From the IMG/VR virus record IMGVR_UViG_3300043907_000016, positions 1-51,537 of that record: DNA of 51,537 bases. One strand, given 5' to 3'. Shown piece by piece: positions 26,489 through 35,600 of this stretch (positions are counted from its first letter, which is position 1; each line of letters starts with the position of its first letter). The notes beneath the pieces were generated by a model. The model was given only the letters and a program-made list of their open reading frames with translations, did not search any database and had not been told where the DNA came from. Made by a program: the position numbers and the translations under genes. The stretch comes from a virus. Its lineage: Duplodnaviria > Caudoviricetes.

Positions 26489-27357
26489 TGAATCTGACCA
26501 ACATCCACGGTCTTCCTGATGCGTTGGTAAACGCCATCAAGAACGATCCGTACACGGGTGGTGGCGACATCAGCGTGACCAAGCTGATCGACTCACCCCA
26601 GCTGCGCGTGCTCCGCAAAAAGTACGCGAGCCTGGTGGTCGAGGACGTCAGCGATCGGATCTGGGCGCTGATGGGTCAGGCAGTCCACACCGTGCTCGAG
26701 CGAGCCGGGACAAGCGCCCTTGTCGAGGAACGTTTGTACAGGACAATCGATGGCTGGGAAGTCAGTGGCCAGTTCGACCGACTGCACCTGGAAGACGGCG
26801 TCCTCCAGGACTGGAAGGTCTGCTCGGTCTACAAGGCAAAAGGGGATGCAGCTTGGGAAAGGCAACTTAACTGCTTGCGTTGGTTGGCAGACGGGAACAA
26901 CTATGAAGTCAATCGCTTGCAGGTGGTTGCAATCTTTCGTGACTGGAAACAAAGCGAAGCCAAGCGCAACCCTGACTACCCTCAGCGCAACGTAGCCATC
27001 ATTGAGGTTCCCGTATGGACACTACAACAGGCAGAGTCGTACGTGAGACAACGCGTCATCCTTCACAAAGATGCCGAGGTCCAGGACACTTCTATTCAAC
27101 TTGCTGAATGCACAGAAGAAGAACGCTGGTACTCAGGCACCTCGTACGCCCTGATGAAAGATGGTGGCAAGAGGGCAAAGAAGGTCGTGTTCATCAAGGA
27201 AGAACTGGGCGAAATTCCTGACGGTCATTACGTAGAGGAGCGCCCAGGGGTGAACCGCAGATGCGAGGGTTACTGTGAAGTTGCTCCGTTCTGCGAACAG
27301 TACAAGCGAATCAAATCGCAACAGCAAACGGAGGTTACAGATGATGTCGATTTTTGA
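26488..27357 (+). CDS. PD-(D/E)XK (Cas4-like) exonuclease
   Basis: G.AVH..LE, SGQFD, QDWK, QLN and C-terminal RC..YC....C. Confidence 0.85.
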   Translation: MNLTNIHGLPDALVNAIKNDPYTGGGDISVTKLIDSPQLRVLRKKYASLVVEDVSDRIWALMGQAVHTVLERAGTSALVEERLYRTIDGWEVSGQFDRLHLEDGVLQDWKVCSVYKAKGDAAWERQLNCLRWLADGNNYEVNRLQVVAIFRDWKQSEAKRNPDYPQRNVAIIEVPVWTLQQAESYVRQRVILHKDAEVQDTSIQLAECTEEERWYSGTSYALMKDGGKRAKKVVFIKEELGEIPDGHYVEERPGVNRRCEGYCEVAPFCEQYKRIKSQQQTEVTDDVDF

Positions 27358-27511
27358 TGCCGCAGGGTATCTCGGTATCAGTGTTTTCTCACTACGCAAA
27401 CTTGCGCGTGAAAAGAAAATCCCCGCCGGCAAGGTTGGTCGTCAGTGGAGATTCAAGCAGGAGGATCTGGACAAGTTCCTCAAACAGCAATACGGAGTTG
27501 AACATGTCTGA
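27341..27511 (+). CDS. Excisionase-like HTH protein
   Basis: AAGYLGISVFSLRKLARE.KIPA.KVGRQWRF...DLD; GGAGG RBS. Confidence 0.85.
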   Translation: MMSIFDAAGYLGISVFSLRKLAREKKIPAGKVGRQWRFKQEDLDKFLKQQYGVEHV

Positions 27512-27782
27512 TTCAATAACTGAAACGCTGACAGAACGTGGCGCTCGCTACGGCCTGTTCAAAGATCACGCAGAGGTCTCGCAATGCCTCAAGGCCACGA
27601 TAAAATCGTACATGGCCGAGAAGTGGAACGAGATTGAAGACGATCAGCGTGAGGCGCTCGAGATGATCTGTCACAAGATCGCTCGCATTGTGAACGGCGA
27701 CCCCAACTACGCCGACTCCTGGGTGGACATCGCTGGTTATTCCAAGCTGGTGTCCGATCGCCTGGAAGGAAAAGCACGATGA
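27504..27782 (+). CDS. DUF6378-like protein
   Basis: L.ERG.RYG.F, KIARI.NGD and DSWVDIAGY motifs. Confidence 0.8.
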   Translation: MSDSITETLTERGARYGLFKDHAEVSQCLKATIKSYMAEKWNEIEDDQREALEMICHKIARIVNGDPNYADSWVDIAGYSKLVSDRLEGKAR

Positions 27783-28111
27783 ATGTCATCAACACCGACC
27801 TCGCACAGCAGGGCGCAGAGACCGGTATGTTGCTGGCCGCTTCACATGCTGACAGAGAGAACGACGATTGGACCTATACGGCAACCGTCCTCTTCAAGCT
27901 ATACGCCAAGTTCCATCCCGGCGGCTTCATGACTGAAGACGTCAGGACCTGGGCGGACAAGCTTGGAATTCCGCAGCCCCCCGACCAGAGAGTATGGGGG
28001 TGCATCGCCTTTAAGCTCTCCCGAAAGGGGTACATCAAACCTGATGGCTACGGCAGGCAACGTTCTGCCAACTGCCATCGTTCACCTAAAACCATTTGGA
28101 AACTCGCATGA
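27779..28111 (+). CDS. Hypothetical protein
   Basis: F.TEDVR...PP..R.WG motif; ATGA-coupled. Confidence 0.7.
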   Translation: MNVINTDLAQQGAETGMLLAASHADRENDDWTYTATVLFKLYAKFHPGGFMTEDVRTWADKLGIPQPPDQRVWGCIAFKLSRKGYIKPDGYGRQRSANCHRSPKTIWKLA

Positions 28112-28281
28112 ACATCACACTCACCTTTACCATCGAACAACTCAACCTCATCCTGCGTCACCTCGACCAGGGCAAGCACGGTGAAGTTCGACCCATCATG
28201 GACTTCATCATCAGCGAAGCAAACGCCCAAAGCCAGGCTGCGCAAGCTGCCGCAGAGGATCCCGCGCCGGAGGCTGCATGA
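28108..28281 (+). CDS. Small hypothetical protein
   Basis: ATGA-coupled at both ends. Confidence 0.65.
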   Translation: MNITLTFTIEQLNLILRHLDQGKHGEVRPIMDFIISEANAQSQAAQAAAEDPAPEAA

Positions 28282-28727
28282 CCAACTTCCAGCGCACAGC
28301 CGCCTGGCTGAAGGCGTGTGGCAAGGAACCCGGCGAAGCGAACCTTTCGGTTCAAGTCGGGTGCCATATCGAGGAGTTCATTGAGTTCCTCGACACAATT
28401 GAGATCAAAGGGAAAACCCTTTCTCTCGATTTGATCGCTGCCGCCATCCATGTTCTTGATGACTTCGCCGCAGACCTGAAAAAGGGCGACGCCATTGCTC
28501 GCATCAGTGATGATGGTCGAGAGAAGGCGCTTGACGCCTTGTGCGATCTGGAGGTGACGCTTAACGGCGTTGCCTACATCGCAGGTTTCGACAAGGACTC
28601 TGCTGACCAAGCTGTGCTTGCATCGAATGACGCCAAGCTGGTTGACGGCAAACCCGTCATCAAAGAGGGCGGCAAGATCGGAAAGCCGCAAGGCTGGGTT
28701 GCACCTGACTTGGCTGCATTCGTATGA
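28278..28727 (+). CDS. MazG-like/all-alpha NTP pyrophosphohydrolase
   Basis: IEEFIEF, LDALCDL.V, SND.K and GKI.KP..W..PDL motifs. Confidence 0.8.
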   Translation: MTNFQRTAAWLKACGKEPGEANLSVQVGCHIEEFIEFLDTIEIKGKTLSLDLIAAAIHVLDDFAADLKKGDAIARISDDGREKALDALCDLEVTLNGVAYIAGFDKDSADQAVLASNDAKLVDGKPVIKEGGKIGKPQGWVAPDLAAFV

Positions 28728-28948
28728 ACCAGGAGGAGATCTGGGCCGAGCAGCTCCGAGAATGCCGCAAACGGTTCGTTGATCGCGTGAAGCAAGCCAT
28801 GTACATCACTTCGCCCACTCGCAGATACGATCTGTATCAGCAATGGCGCAAAGAGATCGGTGACATTGCGGCGCGTGAAACGGCAAAGTTTGCGGAAGCG
28901 GTGCGAGCAGGCCGGGTCTCCCTCAAGAAGATCGAGGACATGATATGA
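28724..28948 (+). CDS. Hypothetical protein
   Basis: ATGA-coupled, 74 aa. Confidence 0.65.
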   Translation: MNQEEIWAEQLRECRKRFVDRVKQAMYITSPTRRYDLYQQWRKEIGDIAARETAKFAEAVRAGRVSLKKIEDMI

Positions 28949-29073
28949 GCGACTTGATGCGCGGTGCTGCAACCCTGATCGGCGCGTTCCTGGTGTTCGG
29001 CTTGTGCTGGGTGCTGGTTGGCTTTTCATTCAGGGTTGTACAGACATTGTTTTGTTTGGGGTACGGCTGTTGA
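28945..29073 (+). CDS. 42-aa membrane peptide
   Basis: ATGA-coupled, hydrophobic. Confidence 0.5.
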   Translation: MSDLMRGAATLIGAFLVFGLCWVLVGFSFRVVQTLFCLGYGC

Positions 29074-29273
29074 ACACGCAAGAAAAAGACCAGCTCGAGC
29101 TTTTGAGAGAACGGCTCGAAGCGCAGATCAATAAGGTTCCGCAACGCGTGGCCAATGGCAGCGTTCAGGAGACCAGGGGCTGGCTGCAAGCGAGGGAGGA
29201 AGCGAAGAAGATGTTGCGTAAAAGCGGCGTCAACGCAGCGCAAATCCTGTCGATGTTGAGCCGGTTGCGGTAA
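29070..29273 (+). CDS. Hypothetical protein
   Basis: Probable TTGA-coupled start; P....GSVQ.TR.W motif. Confidence 0.55.
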   Translation: MNTQEKDQLELLRERLEAQINKVPQRVANGSVQETRGWLQAREEAKKMLRKSGVNAAQILSMLSRLR

Positions 29274-29281
29274 GGAACACG

Positions 29282-29515
29282 ATGAAAGACAACAACAAAC
29301 TCATAGCAGATCGCTACGAATACATCGCATACAAGTGGGGCCAGATCATCTTTGTGCCCCACTATCGAAACTCCACGACATTCGTTGGGCCAGGCTATCC
29401 AGAGCTTGCGCCAAAGATGTGGGAAGAGCGTGAGCTTATCGCCGTTGGAGCTCAGCCAATCAAGCTGATGTTGTGGTCTCGACCACGTTTTAGTTTCGGA
29501 GAAAAAGAATTGTAA
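29282..29515 (+). CDS. Hypothetical protein
   Basis: AAGGA RBS, 77 aa. Confidence 0.65.
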   Translation: MKDNNKLIADRYEYIAYKWGQIIFVPHYRNSTTFVGPGYPELAPKMWEERELIAVGAQPIKLMLWSRPRFSFGEKEL

Positions 29516-29531
29516 ATTTTTTGGGGGAAAG

Positions 29532-29619
29532 GGAAGTGCTGCATGCACTGGTCTGCTGTCGGGAGGCTGTGACTTCACGGCTTCCAAGCTCCGGAGCCGA
29601 CACACTCGACCGGACTTCC
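29532..29619 (+). ncRNA. Candidate structured RNA upstream of the integrase gene
   Basis: Four nested stems found by eye; G-U pairs favour the + strand. Confidence 0.35.
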
Positions 29620-29741
29620 TGAGTACCCCACCCATTTGGAGTGTAAACAAGTGCTTTACGTTGGAACAAAATTGATTGAAGCGAAGCCCATGACTCGGGC
29701 CCCTTGTGGTGCGGTCTGCGGCGGGTAGAGGAGCTTTATGT

Positions 29742-30794
29742 ATGTCTATCTACCTCCGTGGCAGTACGTACTGGTACAGCTTCATGGTGAAGCGCAAGTC
29801 GTACCGCGGCAGTTGCAAGACCAGTGATCCGAAGCAAGCGCAGGAGTATCACGATCGGATGAAGGCAGAAGCGTGGCGTGGCCGGCTGCTCAACGACAAG
29901 CCCCGTCGCACCCTGTCTGATGCGATCGATCAGTACGTCAAGGACAACGGTGACAAGAAGTCGATTCGGGACGATCTCCGATCGGCTGATTGGTGGAAGG
30001 AGCAGTTTGCTTCCGCACACATCACCTACATTGACGAGCTGACCGCCGAGCAGATCCGCAAGTTCCGCGATGACGAACTCGGTCGGCCTGGCAGGAAGGG
30101 GCCGATCAAGCCGGCAACCGTGGATCGCAAGCTCGCTTTCCTGCGCTCGGTTCTGAGAGCTGCGAAGCTGAAGTGGGAGTGGGTCGAAGACGTGCCTTTC
30201 GTTGAGCTGTTCAACGAAGAGGAGGAGCGGGAGCGGTACCTCGAGCCTCATGAAGTCGAGCGTCTGGTGAGGGCTCTGCCAGAGCCGTTCAACTACATGG
30301 CGCTTTTGGCTGTCGCAACGGGCCTCAGGCAGGGGAACGTCTTGCAGTTGAAGTGGAGTGAGGTCAACTTGGTCGGGCGCTACATCAGGCTCCCAGGCGT
30401 TCGGATGAAGAACGGGCAACCGTTCTCTGTGGCACTGAACGAGACCGCAACCACCGTGATCCGCGCCCAGATTGGGAAGCACACCGAGTACGTGTTTCCT
30501 AAGGAGGATGGGATGCCGCACATGTGGCTCCCATCAGAGATGTGGAAGAAGGCGTTGCAGGATGCTGGGCTGGAGAACGTCAGGTGGCATGATCTGCGTC
30601 ACACCTGGGCCAGCCTGATGCGCCAGTCAGGCGTCGCGCTGGCGGATCTGCAAGAGATGGGTGGGTGGAGAAGCGAACGGATGGTGCAGCGGTACGCCCA
30701 TTTGGACGTCTCTCACCTGCATGGGAAGGCCGCGGTGATGGACAGGATTCTGTCGCCAAAGCCCGACAGTGTACGTTCTTTGCACAGCGTCTGA
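29742..30794 (+). CDS. int: Tyrosine integrase
   Basis: N-terminal arm-binding-like domain; catalytic motifs TGLR, K, HDLRH, GW and RYAH. Confidence 0.95.
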   Translation: MSIYLRGSTYWYSFMVKRKSYRGSCKTSDPKQAQEYHDRMKAEAWRGRLLNDKPRRTLSDAIDQYVKDNGDKKSIRDDLRSADWWKEQFASAHITYIDELTAEQIRKFRDDELGRPGRKGPIKPATVDRKLAFLRSVLRAAKLKWEWVEDVPFVELFNEEEERERYLEPHEVERLVRALPEPFNYMALLAVATGLRQGNVLQLKWSEVNLVGRYIRLPGVRMKNGQPFSVALNETATTVIRAQIGKHTEYVFPKEDGMPHMWLPSEMWKKALQDAGLENVRWHDLRHTWASLMRQSGVALADLQEMGGWRSERMVQRYAHLDVSHLHGKAAVMDRILSPKPDSVRSLHSV

Positions 30795-30834
30795 AGGAAA
30801 AAGGGCCTGACCGCAGTCAAGCTCTTGATTTGTT

Positions 30835-30879
30835 TGGCTCCCCGAGCTGGGCTCGAACCAGCGCCATACGGATTAACAG
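30835..30879 (-). other. attP core: 3' half of tRNA-Asn(GTT)
   Basis: Minus strand reads CTGTTAA-TCCGT-ATGGC-GCTGG-TTCGAGC-CCAGC-TCGGGGA-GCCA: anticodon loop, T arm, acceptor 3' strand and CCA. The 5' half is absent. Lies 40 bp from the int stop. Confidence 0.9.
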
Positions 30880-31034
30880 GGGGTAAGTGGTAGTTGCGCT
30901 CTGTGGTGGTACGTTGTAACGCGTTGTTTTCTAAACTGAGCCCGTTCGTAGACCGCACTCAATACACGCTCAGCAACGTACCGCAATAGTCGCAAAATTA
31001 GCACACCAAGCCGTGCATCAATAGTATCTGGTGG

Positions 31035-31142
31035 CTACGGCATATCTGGCCACCAGCGATTTCCTTTCGACATGTTTTCGACCGCAGGGATTACGGCAAG
31101 GTTGTATGCGTTGTGAAGGCCGCAGACTTTCGCGCCCTGGCC
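31035..31142 (-). pseudogene. C-terminal remnant of an HNH endonuclease
   Basis: QGAKVCGLHNAYNLAVIPAVENMSKGNRWWPDMP matches the ..VCGLH..NL.....EN..K.N tail of phage HNH proteins; the upstream HxDH and a credible start are missing. Confidence 0.7.
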
Positions 31143-31158
31143 GCACTTCCGACAGGAT

Positions 31159-32136
31159 TTAGTCTGCATAGCATTTGCCACGGAAATAGCAACGGTTGTC
31201 TTCTCTGACGGCAGCAAACTCCGGGTATAGCAGGATGCCGTTCACCCAGGTCAGGACAGCAAAACCGCTTTGCCAATTCATCCCAGGTTTGCCAATCCTG
31301 TAATCGAACTCGGACTGGTATTCATCCGCCAGCATTCCCGTCTTGATCCCGTAGTGCAGCTCTTTGAAGCCCTTGTGAGCCTTGCAGGAGAGCTCATGGG
31401 TGTGGCCGGTGACGGTGTGGCATCCGCCCTTCAAGACGTCATTCCAGCCGCTGTGAACGCCGCTATGCCAGTCGTGGATGATGACCATGTCATCGTTTAC
31501 ATCAATGCGGTCTGAGTCTTCCCAGAACGGCAGGTGATCTCGCAACAGGAAGCCGCCGATCCCCTCGTACTCAGGAACCTGGGCAGACAGTCGGGACTCG
31601 AATCGAGCGCAGTGATTGCCGTAGGTGCGCATGAGCTTGGTGCCAGGCTTGACGATTTTCTCGATCTCGCCCAAGCGATCGACCACGGCCTCGAGCTCTT
31701 GCTTGACGGTAGGACGTTTGGACCAACGGATGCGGGGATGACGGCTAATCTGACCGCCATCAAGAATGTCTCCGTTGAGAACCACGGCTTTGACCTGTGA
31801 CCCAAGATCCGCAATCAGATTGCACAGAGCTTTGTGAGCGATGGGAATGTGACCAGGAGAGTAGTGAGCATCTGACCCAACAAGAATGACGCCGTCTGTG
31901 ATCTCGATACGATTGATGTCACGCCTTGAACTGATTATCATCTTGATCGTATCGGTCGGTGTATCTGACCTAACGTCATTTACGGAAAGAGGCTTGCCTC
32001 TCCTTCGCTCAATTGCTCGGCGTCTATTGTAAACGTTGCGAACATTGATGCCAAGTTCTCGAGATACCGCTGTTGCAGACTGGAGTCGATTCCAGGTTGC
32101 AATGAATTCATCTTCGCTTACGACTGGTGTTACCAT
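31159..32136 (-). CDS. Calcineurin-like metallophosphoesterase with N-terminal HTH
   Basis: GSDAH, NGDILD, GNH, H and GHTH motifs; N-terminal SATAVSRELGINVRNVYNR. Confidence 0.88.
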   Translation of the reverse strand: MVTPVVSEDEFIATWNRLQSATAVSRELGINVRNVYNRRRAIERRRGKPLSVNDVRSDTPTDTIKMIISSRRDINRIEITDGVILVGSDAHYSPGHIPIAHKALCNLIADLGSQVKAVVLNGDILDGGQISRHPRIRWSKRPTVKQELEAVVDRLGEIEKIVKPGTKLMRTYGNHCARFESRLSAQVPEYEGIGGFLLRDHLPFWEDSDRIDVNDDMVIIHDWHSGVHSGWNDVLKGGCHTVTGHTHELSCKAHKGFKELHYGIKTGMLADEYQSEFDYRIGKPGMNWQSGFAVLTWVNGILLYPEFAAVREDNRCYFRGKCYAD

Positions 32137-32566
32137 TTACTGCTTTCAAAGGAATGACTTCGATTTCTCCGCCAGTTGCGGGGTCGAAGCGTGACGCAAG
32201 AGCAACAGCTTCTTCCGGAGATGCGCCCATTGCCATAGCGCCAATGGCATACGGAGCACCGCTGCCGATGGCGAAGAACTCGTCCTTGATGCGGTATCGC
32301 TTGCCGGACGCTGCATAGAGAAAGATACCTTCTGGATGAAGCTCGATTGCTTCCAGCTCTGAATCGTCATTGAGGCCAGATTCCTTTGCGGGTTTGCCTT
32401 CAATTAATTCCCAGAACTTCAAGATGTCGTCCCAGTCGCCAGCCGCGCCGACAATTCCCCTGCCGACACGACGGAACTTTGACACACCAAACATGACGCC
32501 GTCAGCACTGCACCTGGTGTCTGACGCCAGGACGCTATGCTTCATTGATACTGCGATACACGTCAC
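32108..32566 (-). CDS. Ntn-hydrolase, HslV/proteasome-beta-like peptidase
   Basis: N-terminal Met-Thr, LASDT, GAAG, FAIGSG..YA.GAM and D..TGG motifs. Confidence 0.8.
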   Translation of the reverse strand: MTCIAVSMKHSVLASDTRCSADGVMFGVSKFRRVGRGIVGAAGDWDDILKFWELIEGKPAKESGLNDDSELEAIELHPEGIFLYAASGKRYRIKDEFFAIGSGAPYAIGAMAMGASPEEAVALASRFDPATGGEIEVIPLKAVNGNTSRKRR

Positions 32567-32633
32567 GTTTGCTCCTAAATGTACTTTAGTATTCTCCGTT
32601 GCGCTCTGAAAAGAATGAAATAGGGATATACCC

Positions 32634-35600
32634 TTAGTCGTTTGCCATCACAGCGTCACGGAATTGTGGCCCAGCGTTCATGATCTCCTTAACCGCTTTA
32701 TTCTGGAGCACGCGGATGCGATCTCGAGTACGGTTAAGGCGATCGACACGCTCTTGGTCGGTGAACCGTTCATTGTTCTCGACCATTGTCAGCGTCGAAT
32801 TAAGATCGCGGATCTGCTGACTGATACCAGCCACAACAGCATGAGCTCGCATGAGACCAGGGTACTCCTGACGGATCTCATCGCGCAGCCTGGGCATGTT
32901 CTCGTACTCTTTGTACTTGGTCTCGATCATCTCTTTGGCCCGACGGAATGCGCCGGCATCGAAGCTCTCGGGAACCTTGGCAGTGAAGCGATCAACCAGT
33001 GGCATCGGAGTGTTCTTTACCTCTTCGCCTCGAGCAATCCTTGCCGCCATGCCAACGCCCTTGTACGACTCGTTGATGAAGCCAGGCATGTACGAGTTCA
33101 CGATGAAGTCCACCGCCGCAGGGTTGATGTCCACTGCGCCTGACTTGAACTTGTTTCCGCCGGTGATTTCGTTGAGCCCTTTCATTGCCGCGTCGGAAAG
33201 CGGGTTGACGGAGCGGAACGCCATCGAGCTGTCTGGCAACTTGGCGCCACCAAACATGCTGTCAGAACGACGGATTGGAGCGCCGTATCGGTTCTCGTTC
33301 ATCACCCATTCGACGATCGGTAGGGCTGCGGTTGGAGCCACGCCCTTGAGAGCCACGCCAGCGATGCTGCTAGAGTCAAATCCAGCCGTACCCAGGGGGG
33401 CGAACGATTCGACCGTGGTCTTGGCGATACGACCAGCAGTCACGCTCAAAGGTTGGATGCCAAGCAGGCTGTCCATCATGAAGTGACCCATGGCGTAGAA
33501 GGCGTTCCATCCGTACGGAATGGGGATCGCGCCGCCAGGAGTGTCGGGAGCAAACACCATGGAGGTGGCTCGCTTCCAAGTCGGGACCTTGTCCAGAGCG
33601 TTGCGGCCAGCCTCGTCGTCGTCACCAATGGCACGACCAACCAGGTTCATCAATGCGCCAACACCGATCCATGCGGCGGCATAGGCAAAGCCCTTGGTCT
33701 TGAACTTCAGTTTGTAGTCATGATCCAAGGTGCCAAACAGGCTGAGCAGCTTGGCAGAACCTTGCACCGCGGGGTTGAAGAACAGGTAGAGCTGACGCGC
33801 TGCCTGGCTCGATCCACGCATGTTGAAGTTGACGGTGATCTCACCGGCAAACCGAGCAGCCTCAGCGATGCTGAAGCCGTTCTCGCGCATGACCTTGTAT
33901 GCAGCCAGACGGGGAGCCACTTCGATCGGCAGAGACATGTTGTGCTCGATCCAATCGAACACACCCTTGACCTTGTCCTGTGCGTTCTGGAACCGGCCAC
34001 GCTCGCCCAGCATCTTGTCAAGATCTTCGACCTGGGACTGGATGTCCTTGCGATTCAAGAAGCTGGTCAGACCACCGTTGAGTTTCATCTCGCGGTACAG
34101 TCGGATCATCTCCGGATCTGGATTGATGCCGGTCTGCTTCAGGTTCTCCGTCTTGGCCATGTAGAACGCAGTCTTCATGGCTGAAGGAATAGCTTGCACC
34201 ATTGCTGCGGCTTGGGCTTTGGTCAAGCGACCGTCAGCAGCGGCGTTGAAGAACATTGTCTGAACGTCACGGATGAAGTTGACCGCACCCCACACTGGGT
34301 TGTATGTGGTCAGCATCTGACCAACCAGGCGGTTGAACTTGCCCAGCTGTTCAAGCACGGCGTTCTGGTCACGGTAGCCAACGACACCGTGAATGGCCTC
34401 GGCAAAGCTGTTGGGGCTGGTGTCCTTGAACTCGATCGTGTTGGGGATGCCGTTGATCTTGGCAACCATCACGTTCTTGTTGCCGTAGTAGTTCTCGTCT
34501 TCCTTCTCCGTCACCATGCCGTCTTCACCGATCACCTGCTTGTAGGCGATCTTGTTGATGGTGGCGAAATTGGGATCGTAGTTGGCTTCAAAGAACGCGA
34601 GAACACGCTGGGCAACCTGGTTCTTTTGACCACGGATCAACGCCGCTTCCATGCCGAGCATGGTGCGAGCCAGGATGTCAGTGGCCTCAGAGGCACGACC
34701 CATGGCACGTTTCTCTTTGCCCTTGACGTTGAACTTGGATCCGCCAGCCAGCATCATCGGATCGTCAAACTCGTCCAGCTTCAGGTCAGAACGACCGGAC
34801 AGGTTGACGTAGTGCTTGTACACCTGCATCGCTTGGTACTGCTTGGCGGTGATCATGCCGGTGTCAAGCTGGTACTTCAGCTTCTTGGCGCTGATTTCAT
34901 CGGTGATGCGGCCAATCTCTTCCAGCGTCTGCCAGTACGGCTGCTTCTCGAGCTGCTTTAGGTAGCGCTCAGCCACCTTGGTCTTCATGCCAGATCCGCC
35001 GTCAGGGTACTTCTCGTTAATGCGAGCGATCTGCTTGTTGCGTTCTTCGGCGTGGCTGGCCAACAGATAGCGGTCGATGATCTGCTGGTTGGCGCCCTGC
35101 TTGCCAGCCTCTTCCACCAGTGATTCGATCGGACGGGCGAAGCGACGACGGAACTCATCCAGGATGGCGGCAGTCTTGCGCTCGTAGCGGGTCAGCGCAT
35201 CAGCAATATCCATGCGCTCGGACAGACGACCAGCAGCTTTCATCGCGTTGACCAGATCGAACACCGGACGGTACTCGTTCTGGAACTTTGTGATCATGCT
35301 GCGCATCCAGGCTTTCATGCCGGTCAGATCTTGGGTCTGCGGCATGCGGACAAAGTCACTGGCGTTGCGATCCTGGATGATCACACCAGAACGCTTGCGG
35401 AACTCGACCGTGCCCTTGCTGCGCATAAGTTTGAGGACGTCGGCGTAGTTTTCGCTCACCAACGCCGTGTTGTTGTCAGCGCGAATGTCGTCGCCGTTGG
35501 CCAGGTAGACAAACCAGGTCTGGGTGACTGGGTTGAAACGGGCAAACGCCGTGGTCTTGTCGCCACGCAGGGAGAACATTTCGGACAGACGTTCGTGTTG

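Noticed and set aside
26488-27357. Cas4-like nuclease as part of a CRISPR system
   Set aside because: Its context beside ERF and an SSB-like gene indicates an ordinary phage recombination exonuclease.
30835-30910. Complete tRNA-Asn gene
   Set aside because: The 5' acceptor strand and D arm are absent, so it is annotated as attP.
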